64,000 nt of DNA from Planctomycetota bacterium (lineage in GTDB: Bacteria > Planctomycetota > UBA8108 > SXIK01): assembly GCA_965223845.1 (NCBI GenBank), contig CBDCXR010000004.1, positions 2,144,001-2,208,000 of the forward strand. The letters are read 5' to 3'. Each line of letters begins with the position of its first letter. Position 1 is the stretch's first letter. Of this stretch, positions 8,962 to 18,595 are shown one piece after another. The position numbers and the translations under genes are program-made. Below the pieces are notes generated by a model. That model saw only the letters and a list, made by a program, of their open reading frames with translations, searched no databases and was not told where the DNA came from.

Positions 8962-10287
8962 ATGAAACGGCAAACCAGTCGTCGCGATTTCCTTCGCACC
9001 TCCGCCGCCGCGGGGCTCGCTGGGGTCGGTTACTGGACCTCGAGCTCGAGCGTCGTCGCCGCGAGCAAGTCGCCGAACGAGAAGCTCAACATCGGCTGTA
9101 TCGGTGTCGGTGGGAAGGGCTACAGCGACATGCGCGGCGTGAGCAGCGAGAACATCGTCGCGATCTGCGATGTCGATGAAGCGAACGCAAGCCGCGCGTT
9201 CTCCGAGATGACGAAGGCGAACAAGTACCACGACTACCGCCGCCTCATCGACATGGAGAAGACGCTCGACGCGGTCGTCGTCTCGACACCGGATCACCAT
9301 CACGCGCCGGCGAGCCTGCGCGCGATGCGCCGCGGGCTCGGCGTCTACTGTCAGAAGCCGCTCACGTACTCGGTCTACGAAGCGCGCCTCATGCGCGACA
9401 CGGCGCGGCAGATGAAGGTCGCGACGCAGATGGGAAACCAGGGGACGTCGACCAAGGGACTCCGCGAGGGCGTCGAGGTCGTTCAGTCCGGCGGGATCGG
9501 CGAAGTCAAGGAAGTGCACGTCTGGACCAACCGTCCGGTGTGGCCGCAAGGCATCAAGACCGCACGGCCGTCGTCGCAGAAGATTCCTTCGACGATGAAG
9601 TGGGACCTCTGGCTCGGCCCGGCGCGCGAGCGACTCTTTAACGAGGCGTACTGCCCGTTCAAATGGCGCGGCTGGCTCGACTTCGGAACGGGCGCACTCG
9701 GTGACATGGCGTGCCACACCGCGAATCTGCCGTTCATGGCGCTCAAGCTCGAGCATCCGACGCGCGTCGAGTGCCTCGAGAACGAAGGGAAGAACGCCGA
9801 GACGTTCCCTGATCGCTCGAAGATCAAGTTCGACTTCCCCGCGCGCGGTGGTCTGCCCGCCCTCGAGTTCTTCTGGTACGACGGCGGCGCGATGCCGTCG
9901 AAAGAGCTCACCTCGAAGCTCGGCGAGGTCGCGACGAGTGGTTGCCTCCTCATCGGAAGCGAAGGCTGGCTCTACTCGCCGAACGACTACGGCGCTCAGT
10001 ACGTCCTCTTCCCGCGCGACAAGTTCGCGGAGTACAAGGAGCCGGAGCCCTGGCTCCCGCGCTCGAAGGGCCACTACCGCGAGTGGATCGACGCGCTGAA
10101 GGGCGGTGCACCGGCGATGTCGAACTTCGACTACGCGGCGCTCCTCACCGAGACGATCCTTCTCGGGAACGTCGCCCTGCGCGCCGGTCACGCGATCGAG
10201 TGGGACGGTCCGCGCATGCGCGTCAAGAACTCGCCGTACGCCGACCAGTTCGTATCGCGCGAGTACCGTAAGGGCTGGGAGGTCTGA
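8962..10287 (+). CDS. Gfo/Idh/MocA family oxidoreductase with Tat signal
   Basis: SRRDFL; IGVGGKG; STPDHHH; VYCQKPL; TQMGNQG; GALGDMACH. Confidence 0.95.
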   Translation: MKRQTSRRDFLRTSAAAGLAGVGYWTSSSSVVAASKSPNEKLNIGCIGVGGKGYSDMRGVSSENIVAICDVDEANASRAFSEMTKANKYHDYRRLIDMEKTLDAVVVSTPDHHHAPASLRAMRRGLGVYCQKPLTYSVYEARLMRDTARQMKVATQMGNQGTSTKGLREGVEVVQSGGIGEVKEVHVWTNRPVWPQGIKTARPSSQKIPSTMKWDLWLGPARERLFNEAYCPFKWRGWLDFGTGALGDMACHTANLPFMALKLEHPTRVECLENEGKNAETFPDRSKIKFDFPARGGLPALEFFWYDGGAMPSKELTSKLGEVATSGCLLIGSEGWLYSPNDYGAQYVLFPRDKFAEYKEPEPWLPRSKGHYREWIDALKGGAPAMSNFDYAALLTETILLGNVALRAGHAIEWDGPRMRVKNSPYADQFVSREYRKGWEV

Positions 10288-10346
10288 TCGCCGCGACGAG
10301 CGCGGCGCGCGCCCTCTGACGGGCAGCGCGTTCAGACCGCGAAGCG

Positions 10347-10388
10347 AAATGAGAGCGGGCCGCTCGCCGAGCGGCCCGCTCTCATTTT
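10347..10388. terminator. Perfect 20-bp inverted repeat between convergent genes (likely bidirectional terminator)
   Basis: aaatgagagcgggccgctcg-c-cgagcggcccgctctcattt. Confidence 0.8.
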
Positions 10389-10407
10389 CGTAGCGCGAAG
10401 GATGGTC

Positions 10408-11523
10408 TCAGTCGTCGGACGATTCGCCCGCGGCGACCGCCTGAGACTCGACGGCCTCGCTCTCACCGGAGTTGGTGACGTTGTCGGCGACTTCGGCGAT
10501 CGAGGAGAACTCCTTCCAGTAGTCCTCCGGCATGTCGAGCGCGATCTTGAGCGCACCGTTCGAGCCGGCGTACTGAGGTTCCTCGACGGTCGTGACCCGG
10601 CCGCCCCCGTACTCGTCGAGCGCCTCTTCGATCGCGCGGCCGAGGCCGCGAATCTGCGAGCCACCGCCTCCGAGGAGGACGTTGTTGCGCATCTTCGCCT
10701 GGAATTCGGGATCGTAGGTCGCGATGAGATCCTGGAGCGAGGCGACCGTCGGCGGAACGATCGAGTAACAAGCCTCGTAGACGAGATCGGTGATCTCGAA
10801 CTCCTGCGGCTTACCGGCGACGGGCATCGTCACCATGGCGCGATCCATGTTGCGACTGACACTCGCATGCCGCTCCTTGAAGCCGCGCACCATGTTGATC
10901 GAGAACTGCGCCTCGGAGTGGTTCTGGCGAATGAGCTCGCAGAGCTTTTCGTCGACCGCGTCACCGGCGACTTCGTGAGTCCGCTGATCTTCGGGGCCGG
11001 GCATGGTTCCGTGGACTCGACAGAGGTCCGTCGTACCGGCACCGAGGTCGACGACGAGCGTGTCGTCGAGAAAGTCGAGGCCGTACGCGACGGCGAACGG
11101 CTCGGAGCAGATGATGACGCTGTCGGTCGAATTGGACGCGGCCTCGAGAATCGCGGACTTTCCTTCGACGCTCGCCTCGGCCGGAGCGCCGATGACGGCG
11201 TAGACCGTCGCGCCCGACGGTGCCTGAGCGAGGCTGACGGCGTACTCGACGAGATCGCGGAGAGCGCGGCGGCGCTCGTCGGAATCCTGCGCGCCCTTCA
11301 CCTTGATCGACCCGCCGGCGAGCGGACGATGCAGGTTGAGCGACATCCGGTTCTCGACGGCTTCCTTGCCGTAGATGACTTCGCGGCCGCCGAACTTCTT
11401 CCGTGCGACGTGATCCTTCGGATATCCGACGTACGACCAGACCGTTTCCCGGATTCCGGTCGACGCGGTGACGGAAGTGCGACTCGTCCCGAGGTCGATC
11501 CCCAGGTAAACGGTCTCAGACAT
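10408..11523 (-). CDS. mamK: MamK-like bacterial actin
   Basis: Actin phosphate loops GIDLGTS and VDLGAGTTD, and GGGGSQ; MamK-typical segments VGYPKD, AVIGAPA, SEPFAVAYGLD, GTMPGPEDQ, GALKIALDMPEDYW; strong RBS GAGGAGGAGG. Confidence 0.85.
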   Translation of the reverse strand: MSETVYLGIDLGTSRTSVTASTGIRETVWSYVGYPKDHVARKKFGGREVIYGKEAVENRMSLNLHRPLAGGSIKVKGAQDSDERRRALRDLVEYAVSLAQAPSGATVYAVIGAPAEASVEGKSAILEAASNSTDSVIICSEPFAVAYGLDFLDDTLVVDLGAGTTDLCRVHGTMPGPEDQRTHEVAGDAVDEKLCELIRQNHSEAQFSINMVRGFKERHASVSRNMDRAMVTMPVAGKPQEFEITDLVYEACYSIVPPTVASLQDLIATYDPEFQAKMRNNVLLGGGGSQIRGLGRAIEEALDEYGGGRVTTVEEPQYAGSNGALKIALDMPEDYWKEFSSIAEVADNVTNSGESEAVESQAVAAGESSDD

Positions 11524-11707
11524 GAATCCTCCTCCTCTGAAGGTTTCTCAGCATCCCGATCGTGTTCGGGTCGGATTACGCGTAGGTGTGGTTCGATCTC
11601 TTCGGAACCGGCGATCGGGTGCCACTCAAGGATGACATCGTTTTTCGAGCTGTCCCACCCGAGCCGCAATCGGTCGGATTTTCGGAATTCGCTGCCCCGA
11701 CGATGAG

Positions 11708-13315
11708 CTACGACTTGAGTGCGGCGACTTCCTCGCGCATCTCTTTGTTCTCGCGGAAGATCGTCGCGAGCAGCTCCTTCTTCTTCTCCTTGAGCGGATC
11801 CTTGTCGATCGTCGAATGAATGACGTTTCGGAGTCCGCTTCCGGACGCTTCGAGCGCGGCGGCCAGTTCGCGAGCTTCGTCGCGCTCGCGCGTGATCGTG
11901 TCGAGGTTTCGCGCGAGACGCTGGATCTTTCGCTCGAGGAGAGTGATTTGATCCTGTTGAGCTCCGCGGCGTTCGCTTTCAACGCGTTCGCGCTCCTGCT
12001 CGAGAAGGCTTCCGATGAGGCTCCGCATCTCTTCGGCGACGTCCTCGGCGACTGGCGTGCGGCGGAGAGCCCGCGCGAGAACGCGTTCGAGGCGTTCCTC
12101 GAGCGCGATCACCGCCGCCTCGGGAAGCGTCTCAGTCTCGCCGACGAGTCCACGCTGAGTCTCGACGGCGGCCTGTGCGCGCTCGAGCTGCTTCCGGAGC
12201 ACCTCCGTCTGCTTCTCTAGACCGTAGCGCTCGGCTTCGAACGTCTCGAAACGCTCGCGGAAGACGTCCTCCGTCTGCGCGAGCATCTCCTTCCGTTCTT
12301 CGTCGGTGATCGCGCGTGTACCGATCGCTTCGGTGACCGCGCCTTGGATCAGCTCCTTGATCGTCTGGGTGTTGAGCACCTTGACGGTCTTGTGCCGCGC
12401 CGCGAGCTCGGCGGCGCTGACCGTGCGCGCCTCGCGGTGGAGGTGAACGGAAACCTCCTCGGCGACGTCGCGAGCTCCCGAGAGCACGGGCGGAGTGTCG
12501 GGATCGATTTCCGCCGGACCCATCCCCGGTAGGAGCGGCGGCAACTCCGTTTCGGATTCCGGCAGTCCCTCCGCGAGCGGCTGGATCGCGGTGGATTCTT
12601 CGGGCTCGCTTTCCGCCAAGACCGGTGGGGCACTCTCGCGCGCCCTCGGGATGCGGATCAAGGTGGACTCGTTCGGATCGGGCAGATCGATCTCTGAGGA
12701 AGCTTCCGCGCCATCTTCGCCTTCTTCTCCGTCTTCCGGGAGGAGGTGATCGCGCACAAAGCGACCGAGCTCGGTCTTTTGTTCCGGGTCGGAGTGCACC
12801 CAGCGGAGGGCGTAGGTCCGAATCTCCTCGTCCACTTCCTGATCGGACGAGAAGACGTCGTCTTCGCATTCGAGAATCTGCGCCGCGAGGTTCTTCCGAG
12901 CGGTCTTCCCGATCTGAAGAATCACGTCGACGTACATTCCGAGCGTCAATTCTTCGAGCGTGAGGACGATTCCCTTCCGCGTGCTGATGGCGGCGAGCGT
13001 GACGCACTGCGGCCCGACCCGAGGGTCGTCGAAGAAGCACGTACAGCGAAGATCGGTCGCGTCGGCGGTGGAGTCTTTCACGCGGGGCCGCTGGATCGTG
13101 GGGGCTGGATCGTAAGGATCGGCCGTCTGCGCCGCGAACGGACGACGAACGGCAGGAGGGCGGCGAGATCGCCGAATCGGTCCGAGCTCGACTCGAGACG
13201 GGATCGCGAGTCGCTGGACGACCCCCCGGCACGATGCGAACGGACAGCTACCGAAATATAGGACAGTCGCGCACGATCCGGCAAACCGGCGCAACGGCGG
13301 ACGGGGAGTCGACAC
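11708..13315 (-). CDS. Hypothetical protein: PilZ-like N-terminal domain, acidic Pro/Glu linker, long C-terminal coiled coil (start uncertain)
   Basis: Codon-like composition from about 13100 down; heptad-rich C-terminus (LERKIQRLARNL...KKKELLATIFRENKEMREE); lies directly upstream of the actin on the same strand. Confidence 0.75.
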   Translation of the reverse strand: MSTPRPPLRRFAGSCATVLYFGSCPFASCRGVVQRLAIPSRVELGPIRRSRRPPAVRRPFAAQTADPYDPAPTIQRPRVKDSTADATDLRCTCFFDDPRVGPQCVTLAAISTRKGIVLTLEELTLGMYVDVILQIGKTARKNLAAQILECEDDVFSSDQEVDEEIRTYALRWVHSDPEQKTELGRFVRDHLLPEDGEEGEDGAEASSEIDLPDPNESTLIRIPRARESAPPVLAESEPEESTAIQPLAEGLPESETELPPLLPGMGPAEIDPDTPPVLSGARDVAEEVSVHLHREARTVSAAELAARHKTVKVLNTQTIKELIQGAVTEAIGTRAITDEERKEMLAQTEDVFRERFETFEAERYGLEKQTEVLRKQLERAQAAVETQRGLVGETETLPEAAVIALEERLERVLARALRRTPVAEDVAEEMRSLIGSLLEQERERVESERRGAQQDQITLLERKIQRLARNLDTITRERDEARELAAALEASGSGLRNVIHSTIDKDPLKEKKKELLATIFRENKEMREEVAALKS

Positions 13316-13443
13316 AATCCCGTCACGCGAGGAGAGATACGTCCCGCCCGCGTGACCTCGATCGCGGCGATGAGAGAGTTATCGGAGAAACGGCGTGATT
13401 GGCCCGGGAATTGCCTTCAAGAGCCGGCACCGCGCACCGGGTC

Positions 13444-15870
13444 TCATCTCTCCGCGAGCTCCTCGAACGATCGGTTCTCGATCGCGTAGCTCTTCCAGCT
13501 CTGAAAGTCGAAATGCCACCACTCGTACTCGTAGACGGTGAAGCCCGCATCCGCCATCGCGCGCCGAAGGAGCCCTCGCAGGTATCGCTGTCGCGACGAG
13601 CCGCCGACGTAGTTCGGGTACGCGCGCTCGGTGAACTCGTCGTAGCCGCTCAGCATCGCGACGGGCTCCCCCGTAGCGCGATCGTAAAGCGTGATGTCGA
13701 CCGCGCAACCGCGGTTGTGACGCGAGCCCTTCGCGGGATCGGCGACGAAGTCGCGCTTCGCCTCGGGCGTTCCGTCCCAGAACATCTTCGTCACGCTCCA
13801 AGGACGATACGCATCGTGGACGAGGATCCCGTACCCGCGCGCCTCGAGCGCCCGGTGGACGCGGACGAGTGCCTGGGCCGCCGGGCGCTGCAGATAGGCC
13901 GCCGCCGTGCGATAGAACGCTGCCCCCATAAAGTTGTTCGTGCCGGCGTAGCGGATGTCGTAGCGGAGGGTCGGGTCGAGGGACTTCAGCTCCACGAGAT
14001 CGGACGGTAGAAACTCGCCGTCCTCCGCGGGCGGTGTCGCCTCCCGAGCCGCGGCGCGAAGCTCCTCGATCGGCTGTGTCAGCTCGATGCGGAACGACTC
14101 TCCCAGAGATGAACTTTCGGGCCGCCGACGGAATGCGATTCCCGCCGCGGTCACCTGTTCGACGGTGCCGTCGGCACCGCGCGAAAACACGAGGCGTTCG
14201 CCGTGGTAGAGACCCCAATCGGGAAAGCGGAAGACGTCCGGAGAAATCTCGTCGATCGGGTAGAGATCGATCCACTCGATGAGAACGAAGAGCTGACCGT
14301 AGCGCTCGAGGACGAAAAGGACGTTGTGATCCTGACCGTACTCCCCGAGAAGCGGTCGCCACTTCTCCGGCGCGGGCGCAGGGAGCGCGTCCGCGATGCG
14401 AGTGAAGACGCGGCGTCCGACGCGGAGGCCGCGCCCGACCTCGACCGAGACCGGAACTCCGAAGTGGTGGCGATCGTCGGTCTGGAGCTCGCCACCGACG
14501 AGTCGCAGCTCGGCGATCGACTGGCGGCCGTCGATGAGAACGAGGCGATCGTCCCGGCGCTCCAGCTCGACGAAGCGCTGGCCGTCGCGATAGAGTCCCG
14601 CCCATTCGAGATGGCGGGGTTCCGGGGGGCGGGACGGTGCCGGCACCGTGAAAGTTCCACCGCGGCTGGTCTCGAGAAGCCCTTCGAGCGCCGTACGGGC
14701 GATGCGCCCGACCACCGCGTTCGTCACGTCGAGGGACGACGCGGCGACGACCGCGAGACGTCGATCGGGGAGAACTTGAAACGAACTCGAGTACCCGTAG
14801 ATCGCGCCATCGTGCGAGACGCGGCGTTCGCCCTGAAACTCGGACACGAAGAATCCGAGTCCGAATCCGCGCTCGGCGCCGGATTGAACCTTCCACATCG
14901 ATTCGAGCACGGGCCGCGAGACGCCGGGAACGCCGGGGCCATCGTCGTCCGAGAAAAGCGCGATCGCGAATCGTGCGAGATCCTCGACGCTCGAGTAGAG
15001 ATTCCCGGCCGAAGACGTTCCGAGCGCGAACCCGGGCGCGGCGAATCGGCGCCCGTCGAGACTCCACATGAAGGCGGAGGCGAGTCGTTCGCTCGGGATG
15101 TCACTCGCCTCGAACGAGCTCGCCGCCATTCCGAGCGGCAGTAGGAAGCGCCGTCGAATCTCTGCGGCGAACGGGCGATCCCAAGCTACCTCGAGCGCGC
15201 GACCGGCGACCGCGAGCGCAGCGTTCGAATACTTCGTCCGCGAGCCGGGTCGATAGACGAGCCGGGTCGAGTTCAAGCTCGCAACCGTATCGGCGAGCGA
15301 AGGCGACGTGGCGTCGAAATAGTGGCCGACGGGAGGCTCTCGGACTAGTCCGGAGCGGTGGGAGAGCACCTGGCGAAGCGTGAGCGGCGGCGCGTCGAAC
15401 GGATCCTGCGGAGAAAACTCGGGCAGAACATCGGTGATGGGCGCATCGAGATCGAGCTTGTCTTCGGCATCGAGCTGGGCGAGAGCGAGTGCGGTGAAGA
15501 GCTTCGATACGGATCCAACACGGTAGATCGTCTCGCCGGAAGCTCGGCGGGTACGTGCGTCGTCTTCCCACCCGAAACCGCGTGACCAAAGAAGTTCACC
15601 GTCGCGAACGAGCGCGATCGAGAGCGCAGGGATCTCCTTTGCCTCGCGTTCCGCTTCGATCCAGCTCGCCAGGTCGTCGAGCCAGCCCTCGACGGGGGCG
15701 ACTCTCGCCGCGTCGCGCGCGCTTTCGCCGGTATCTGAAGTCGAGCGGCACGAAGCTGCCCCGGCGATGATCGCCGCGACGAGAAGATACGATGTCGCCG
15801 AAGGATCGCGCCCGGTCGCGATCGAACGGAGACGACAGCCGATGCGGTAACCGCGCCTACTCCAAATCAC
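13444..15870 (-). CDS. Serine hydrolase (class C beta-lactamase-like) fused to D-Ala-D-Ala dipeptidase (M15D/VanX), probable lipoprotein
   Basis: SVSK (SxxK), YSN, HDG; C-terminal DAYRP, SRHNRGCAVD, EWWHF; lipobox-like GAASC. Confidence 0.92.
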   Translation of the reverse strand: MIWSRRGYRIGCRLRSIATGRDPSATSYLLVAAIIAGAASCRSTSDTGESARDAARVAPVEGWLDDLASWIEAEREAKEIPALSIALVRDGELLWSRGFGWEDDARTRRASGETIYRVGSVSKLFTALALAQLDAEDKLDLDAPITDVLPEFSPQDPFDAPPLTLRQVLSHRSGLVREPPVGHYFDATSPSLADTVASLNSTRLVYRPGSRTKYSNAALAVAGRALEVAWDRPFAAEIRRRFLLPLGMAASSFEASDIPSERLASAFMWSLDGRRFAAPGFALGTSSAGNLYSSVEDLARFAIALFSDDDGPGVPGVSRPVLESMWKVQSGAERGFGLGFFVSEFQGERRVSHDGAIYGYSSSFQVLPDRRLAVVAASSLDVTNAVVGRIARTALEGLLETSRGGTFTVPAPSRPPEPRHLEWAGLYRDGQRFVELERRDDRLVLIDGRQSIAELRLVGGELQTDDRHHFGVPVSVEVGRGLRVGRRVFTRIADALPAPAPEKWRPLLGEYGQDHNVLFVLERYGQLFVLIEWIDLYPIDEISPDVFRFPDWGLYHGERLVFSRGADGTVEQVTAAGIAFRRRPESSSLGESFRIELTQPIEELRAAAREATPPAEDGEFLPSDLVELKSLDPTLRYDIRYAGTNNFMGAAFYRTAAAYLQRPAAQALVRVHRALEARGYGILVHDAYRPWSVTKMFWDGTPEAKRDFVADPAKGSRHNRGCAVDITLYDRATGEPVAMLSGYDEFTERAYPNYVGGSSRQRYLRGLLRRAMADAGFTVYEYEWWHFDFQSWKSYAIENRSFEELAER

Positions 15871-15987
15871 CGAATCCTCCTGGGTTGAGCTCGAGCGCGG
15901 CGATGCTCGAGCGCTGCTTCTTCGTCATCGAAACCGCGGCGGACGCACGCGTCTCCTCCGCGCGGGGAGAGAATTCGGCGCTCGGAC

Positions 15988-16302
15988 TCACTCGTCAGCG
16001 AGGCCATCCAAATACTCTGCCATTTCCCGAGCGGCGTGCGCATCGCCGGTGGCACTCGCAATCTCGATCCCCTTCCTCAATACCGATCGCGCGTCGGTCG
16101 CGCGTCCGGTAGACGCCAGAAGACGACCCTTGTGGAAATACGCTGCGACGTAATTCGGATCGACGTCCATCGCACGGTCGAAAGAACCGAGCGCGTCGGC
16201 GTCTCGCCCTTCCTTCGCGAGCGCCATCGCGAGACCGAAGTGGAGGAAGGGGTCGTTCGGATCTCGCTCGAGGAGCGCGCTCAGTTGTTCGATCGTCGGC
16301 AT
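15988..16302 (-). CDS. Small TPR protein
   Basis: DPNDPFLHFGLAM...DPNYVAAYFHKG...GDAHAAREM TPR pattern. Confidence 0.85.
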   Translation of the reverse strand: MPTIEQLSALLERDPNDPFLHFGLAMALAKEGRDADALGSFDRAMDVDPNYVAAYFHKGRLLASTGRATDARSVLRKGIEIASATGDAHAAREMAEYLDGLADE

Positions 16303-16438
16303 GAGACCAACCTTCGCGAGTCGGAGAGTGGATTGCAACGAGGTTCCGCGCAAAAGCAGTCCCCGAGTGATCCTAGGCCGGGAAAAGGTATAATGATCGG
16401 CGAGAATGGACCTCGGGCGCGTACCGGGAAAGCGAACG

Positions 16439-18577
16439 ATGCCAAGATCTTCCGAATTCGTGCGGCGAGGATTCGTACTCGCATTCGCGCTGTCACTGCT
16501 CCCGGTCGAGACGCCGGAGGCGCGTTGCGCGGAAGAGACTGCACCCGAAGACTCGGGTGCAGTGAATCCTGCGGACGAACTTCTCCGTCGCGCGGCAGAG
16601 TCTCACGCACGCTGCAGCAAGAAGCTCGACGACGACGCCCGCACCGAAGCAGAGTCGATTCTCGCGCGTCTGTCCGAGCGGAACGACTCACCGGCGGTTT
16701 ACGCGGTGCGTCGCTTCTACTCGATCGAGGAACTCGCGGACCGGGTGACGGAAGCGCTTCTCGAGATCGGCACCCCGGCGGCTCACACGGCGCTTGTCGG
16801 CCGAGCGGAGTCGCACGTCCGTCGCGGCCGGAGTGGAGAACGGCGCTGCCCGAACGTCGCGCTGTTCGACCGCTTCATCAAGAACGGAGTCGCTCTGCCG
16901 GCCACCGTTCTGCGCGCCCTCATCCTCTCCGATCCCCATGTGAAAGGCATCGCCGCCGGGCTCGAAGTCCCGGCCGAGTCGACGGCCGATTCAACCGCGG
17001 TCATCCTTTCGCTACTCGATGCGGAGGATTGGGGCGCGAGTCGATCGCTGCGAGTATTCGCACGCGATGACATCGTCGATCTCTTCGTCCCCTTCTTCGT
17101 TGCGCAGCTCGAGTTTCTCGAACGCACGGCCTCGTCGCGCGAGAACGCCTCGAAGCCGGCGGACGCGAAGCCGGAAGGGGACGACGCGGCAAACTCGGCG
17201 GGCACGAAATCCACAGAGACGAACTCACCGGGAGCTGGGACGGCGGTCGAGGATGCGGGAGAACCAGAATCCGGCTCCGCGGTCGATCGAACCGTCGAGG
17301 CGGAGCTCGAGGAGTTCCGTCGTCGCCGCGCTGCCCGCGCGATCGTCGAGCGACTGCGCAAAGTCGCGATGGACGTCGAGCGTTCCTCCTCCGCCCGTCT
17401 CACCGCGATCGGGACCCTGCGCACTCGGCCCGTGGTAGACCGGAGCTCCGTCGGCGTCGAGATTCTCGGATCGGAGATCGAACCGGACATCATCGTGGCC
17501 GCGGCGAGCCTCGTCGCGGTGCAGGACGCCGAAGCCGCACGCCCACACATCGCCGCTCGGCTGAAAGAGTGGACTCGCAGCCGCAAAGACGCGTCTCTCG
17601 AGGACTCGATCGCAGCCCTTTTGGAGATGGTGATCCCCCTCGGGGTCGAAGACGCCGCGCCTGCGGTCGAAAAGCTCGCGAGGTCGTCGAGCTCGATCCT
17701 ACGCGGCGCCGCGATCGCGGCGCTGCCGATCGTCGGCGCCGAGCGGGCCTACGGGCGTGTGCGCGGCGCACTCAAGGATCGGGTTTGGCGCGTACGCGAG
17801 GGGGCGATCGAGGCCTGCCGCGCGATGAAGACCGCCAAGGCCGTCTCGCTTCTGATCGACCGAATGGACAAGGAGGACGGCGAGCTGCGCGTCGCGCTCC
17901 TCGGAGCGCTCCACGATCTCACGGGAGCACCGATGCCCTACGCGCCCGACGACTGGGAAAAGTGGTGGTCCTACTCAAAGGATTCCTACCGCCCTCCGGG
18001 AGCTCGCCGGAGCGGGAAGAGCACGGTGCTCACGTTTCCCGACGCCGCCACGTACTTCGGACTCGAGGTGCTCTCGAAGAACGTCTGCTTCGTCGTCGAC
18101 GTATCCGGAAGCATGGCGGCGGCACTCGAATACAAAGGAAAAGAAACCACGCGCCTTCGCGTTCTCAAGGAACAACTCCACGGAATCCTCGACGGCTTAG
18201 CGAAAGAGGCGCGCATCAACGTGATCCACTTCCACTCGGAGTTTCGCCCGTTCTTCTCCCAGCTCGTCCCCTTGACGAAGCGAAACCGCGCCGTCGCGCG
18301 CGACCTCGTCCGCCGATTGAACGCGAGCGGCGGAACGAACATCTTCGACCCGCTCGCCGCCGCGCTTCGGGACTCGCGCGTCGACACGATCTTCCTCCTC
18401 TCGGACGGAAGGCCGGGAAGCGGAAAGTGGGTGGACACGGAGGACATCCTCGGGGCCGTGCGAGCGCTGAACCGAAAGCGACTCACCCGCATCCACACGA
18501 TCTCGATCGGCGAAGACTCGAGCCTCCTCCGGCGACTGGCGCGACAGAACTTCGGCACGTACGTCGCGTTCGACTGA
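16439..18577 (+). CDS. Exported HEAT-repeat plus von Willebrand A domain protein
   Basis: HEAT repeats (LKDRVWRVREGAIEA); VWA MIDAS FVVDVSGSM, GGTNI, FLLSDG; TATAAT at 16389. Confidence 0.88.
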   Translation: MPRSSEFVRRGFVLAFALSLLPVETPEARCAEETAPEDSGAVNPADELLRRAAESHARCSKKLDDDARTEAESILARLSERNDSPAVYAVRRFYSIEELADRVTEALLEIGTPAAHTALVGRAESHVRRGRSGERRCPNVALFDRFIKNGVALPATVLRALILSDPHVKGIAAGLEVPAESTADSTAVILSLLDAEDWGASRSLRVFARDDIVDLFVPFFVAQLEFLERTASSRENASKPADAKPEGDDAANSAGTKSTETNSPGAGTAVEDAGEPESGSAVDRTVEAELEEFRRRRAARAIVERLRKVAMDVERSSSARLTAIGTLRTRPVVDRSSVGVEILGSEIEPDIIVAAASLVAVQDAEAARPHIAARLKEWTRSRKDASLEDSIAALLEMVIPLGVEDAAPAVEKLARSSSSILRGAAIAALPIVGAERAYGRVRGALKDRVWRVREGAIEACRAMKTAKAVSLLIDRMDKEDGELRVALLGALHDLTGAPMPYAPDDWEKWWSYSKDSYRPPGARRSGKSTVLTFPDAATYFGLEVLSKNVCFVVDVSGSMAAALEYKGKETTRLRVLKEQLHGILDGLAKEARINVIHFHSEFRPFFSQLVPLTKRNRAVARDLVRRLNASGGTNIFDPLAAALRDSRVDTIFLLSDGRPGSGKWVDTEDILGAVRALNRKRLTRIHTISIGEDSSLLRRLARQNFGTYVAFD

Positions 18578-18595
18578 GGATCTTCCCGCGGGTGG

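Noticed and set aside
10402-11706. Long antisense and alternate-frame ORFs (e.g. 10402..11706, 19483..21393, 30031..31536, 31755..33113)
   Set aside because: Shadow ORFs expected at high GC; each overlaps a well-supported gene and has no family motifs.
10408-13315. Magnetosome gene cluster
   Set aside because: Only the actin is MamK-like. No CDF transporters, magnetochrome or HtrA/PDZ, LemA or FeoB genes are in the window, and the nearby TPR protein is generic.
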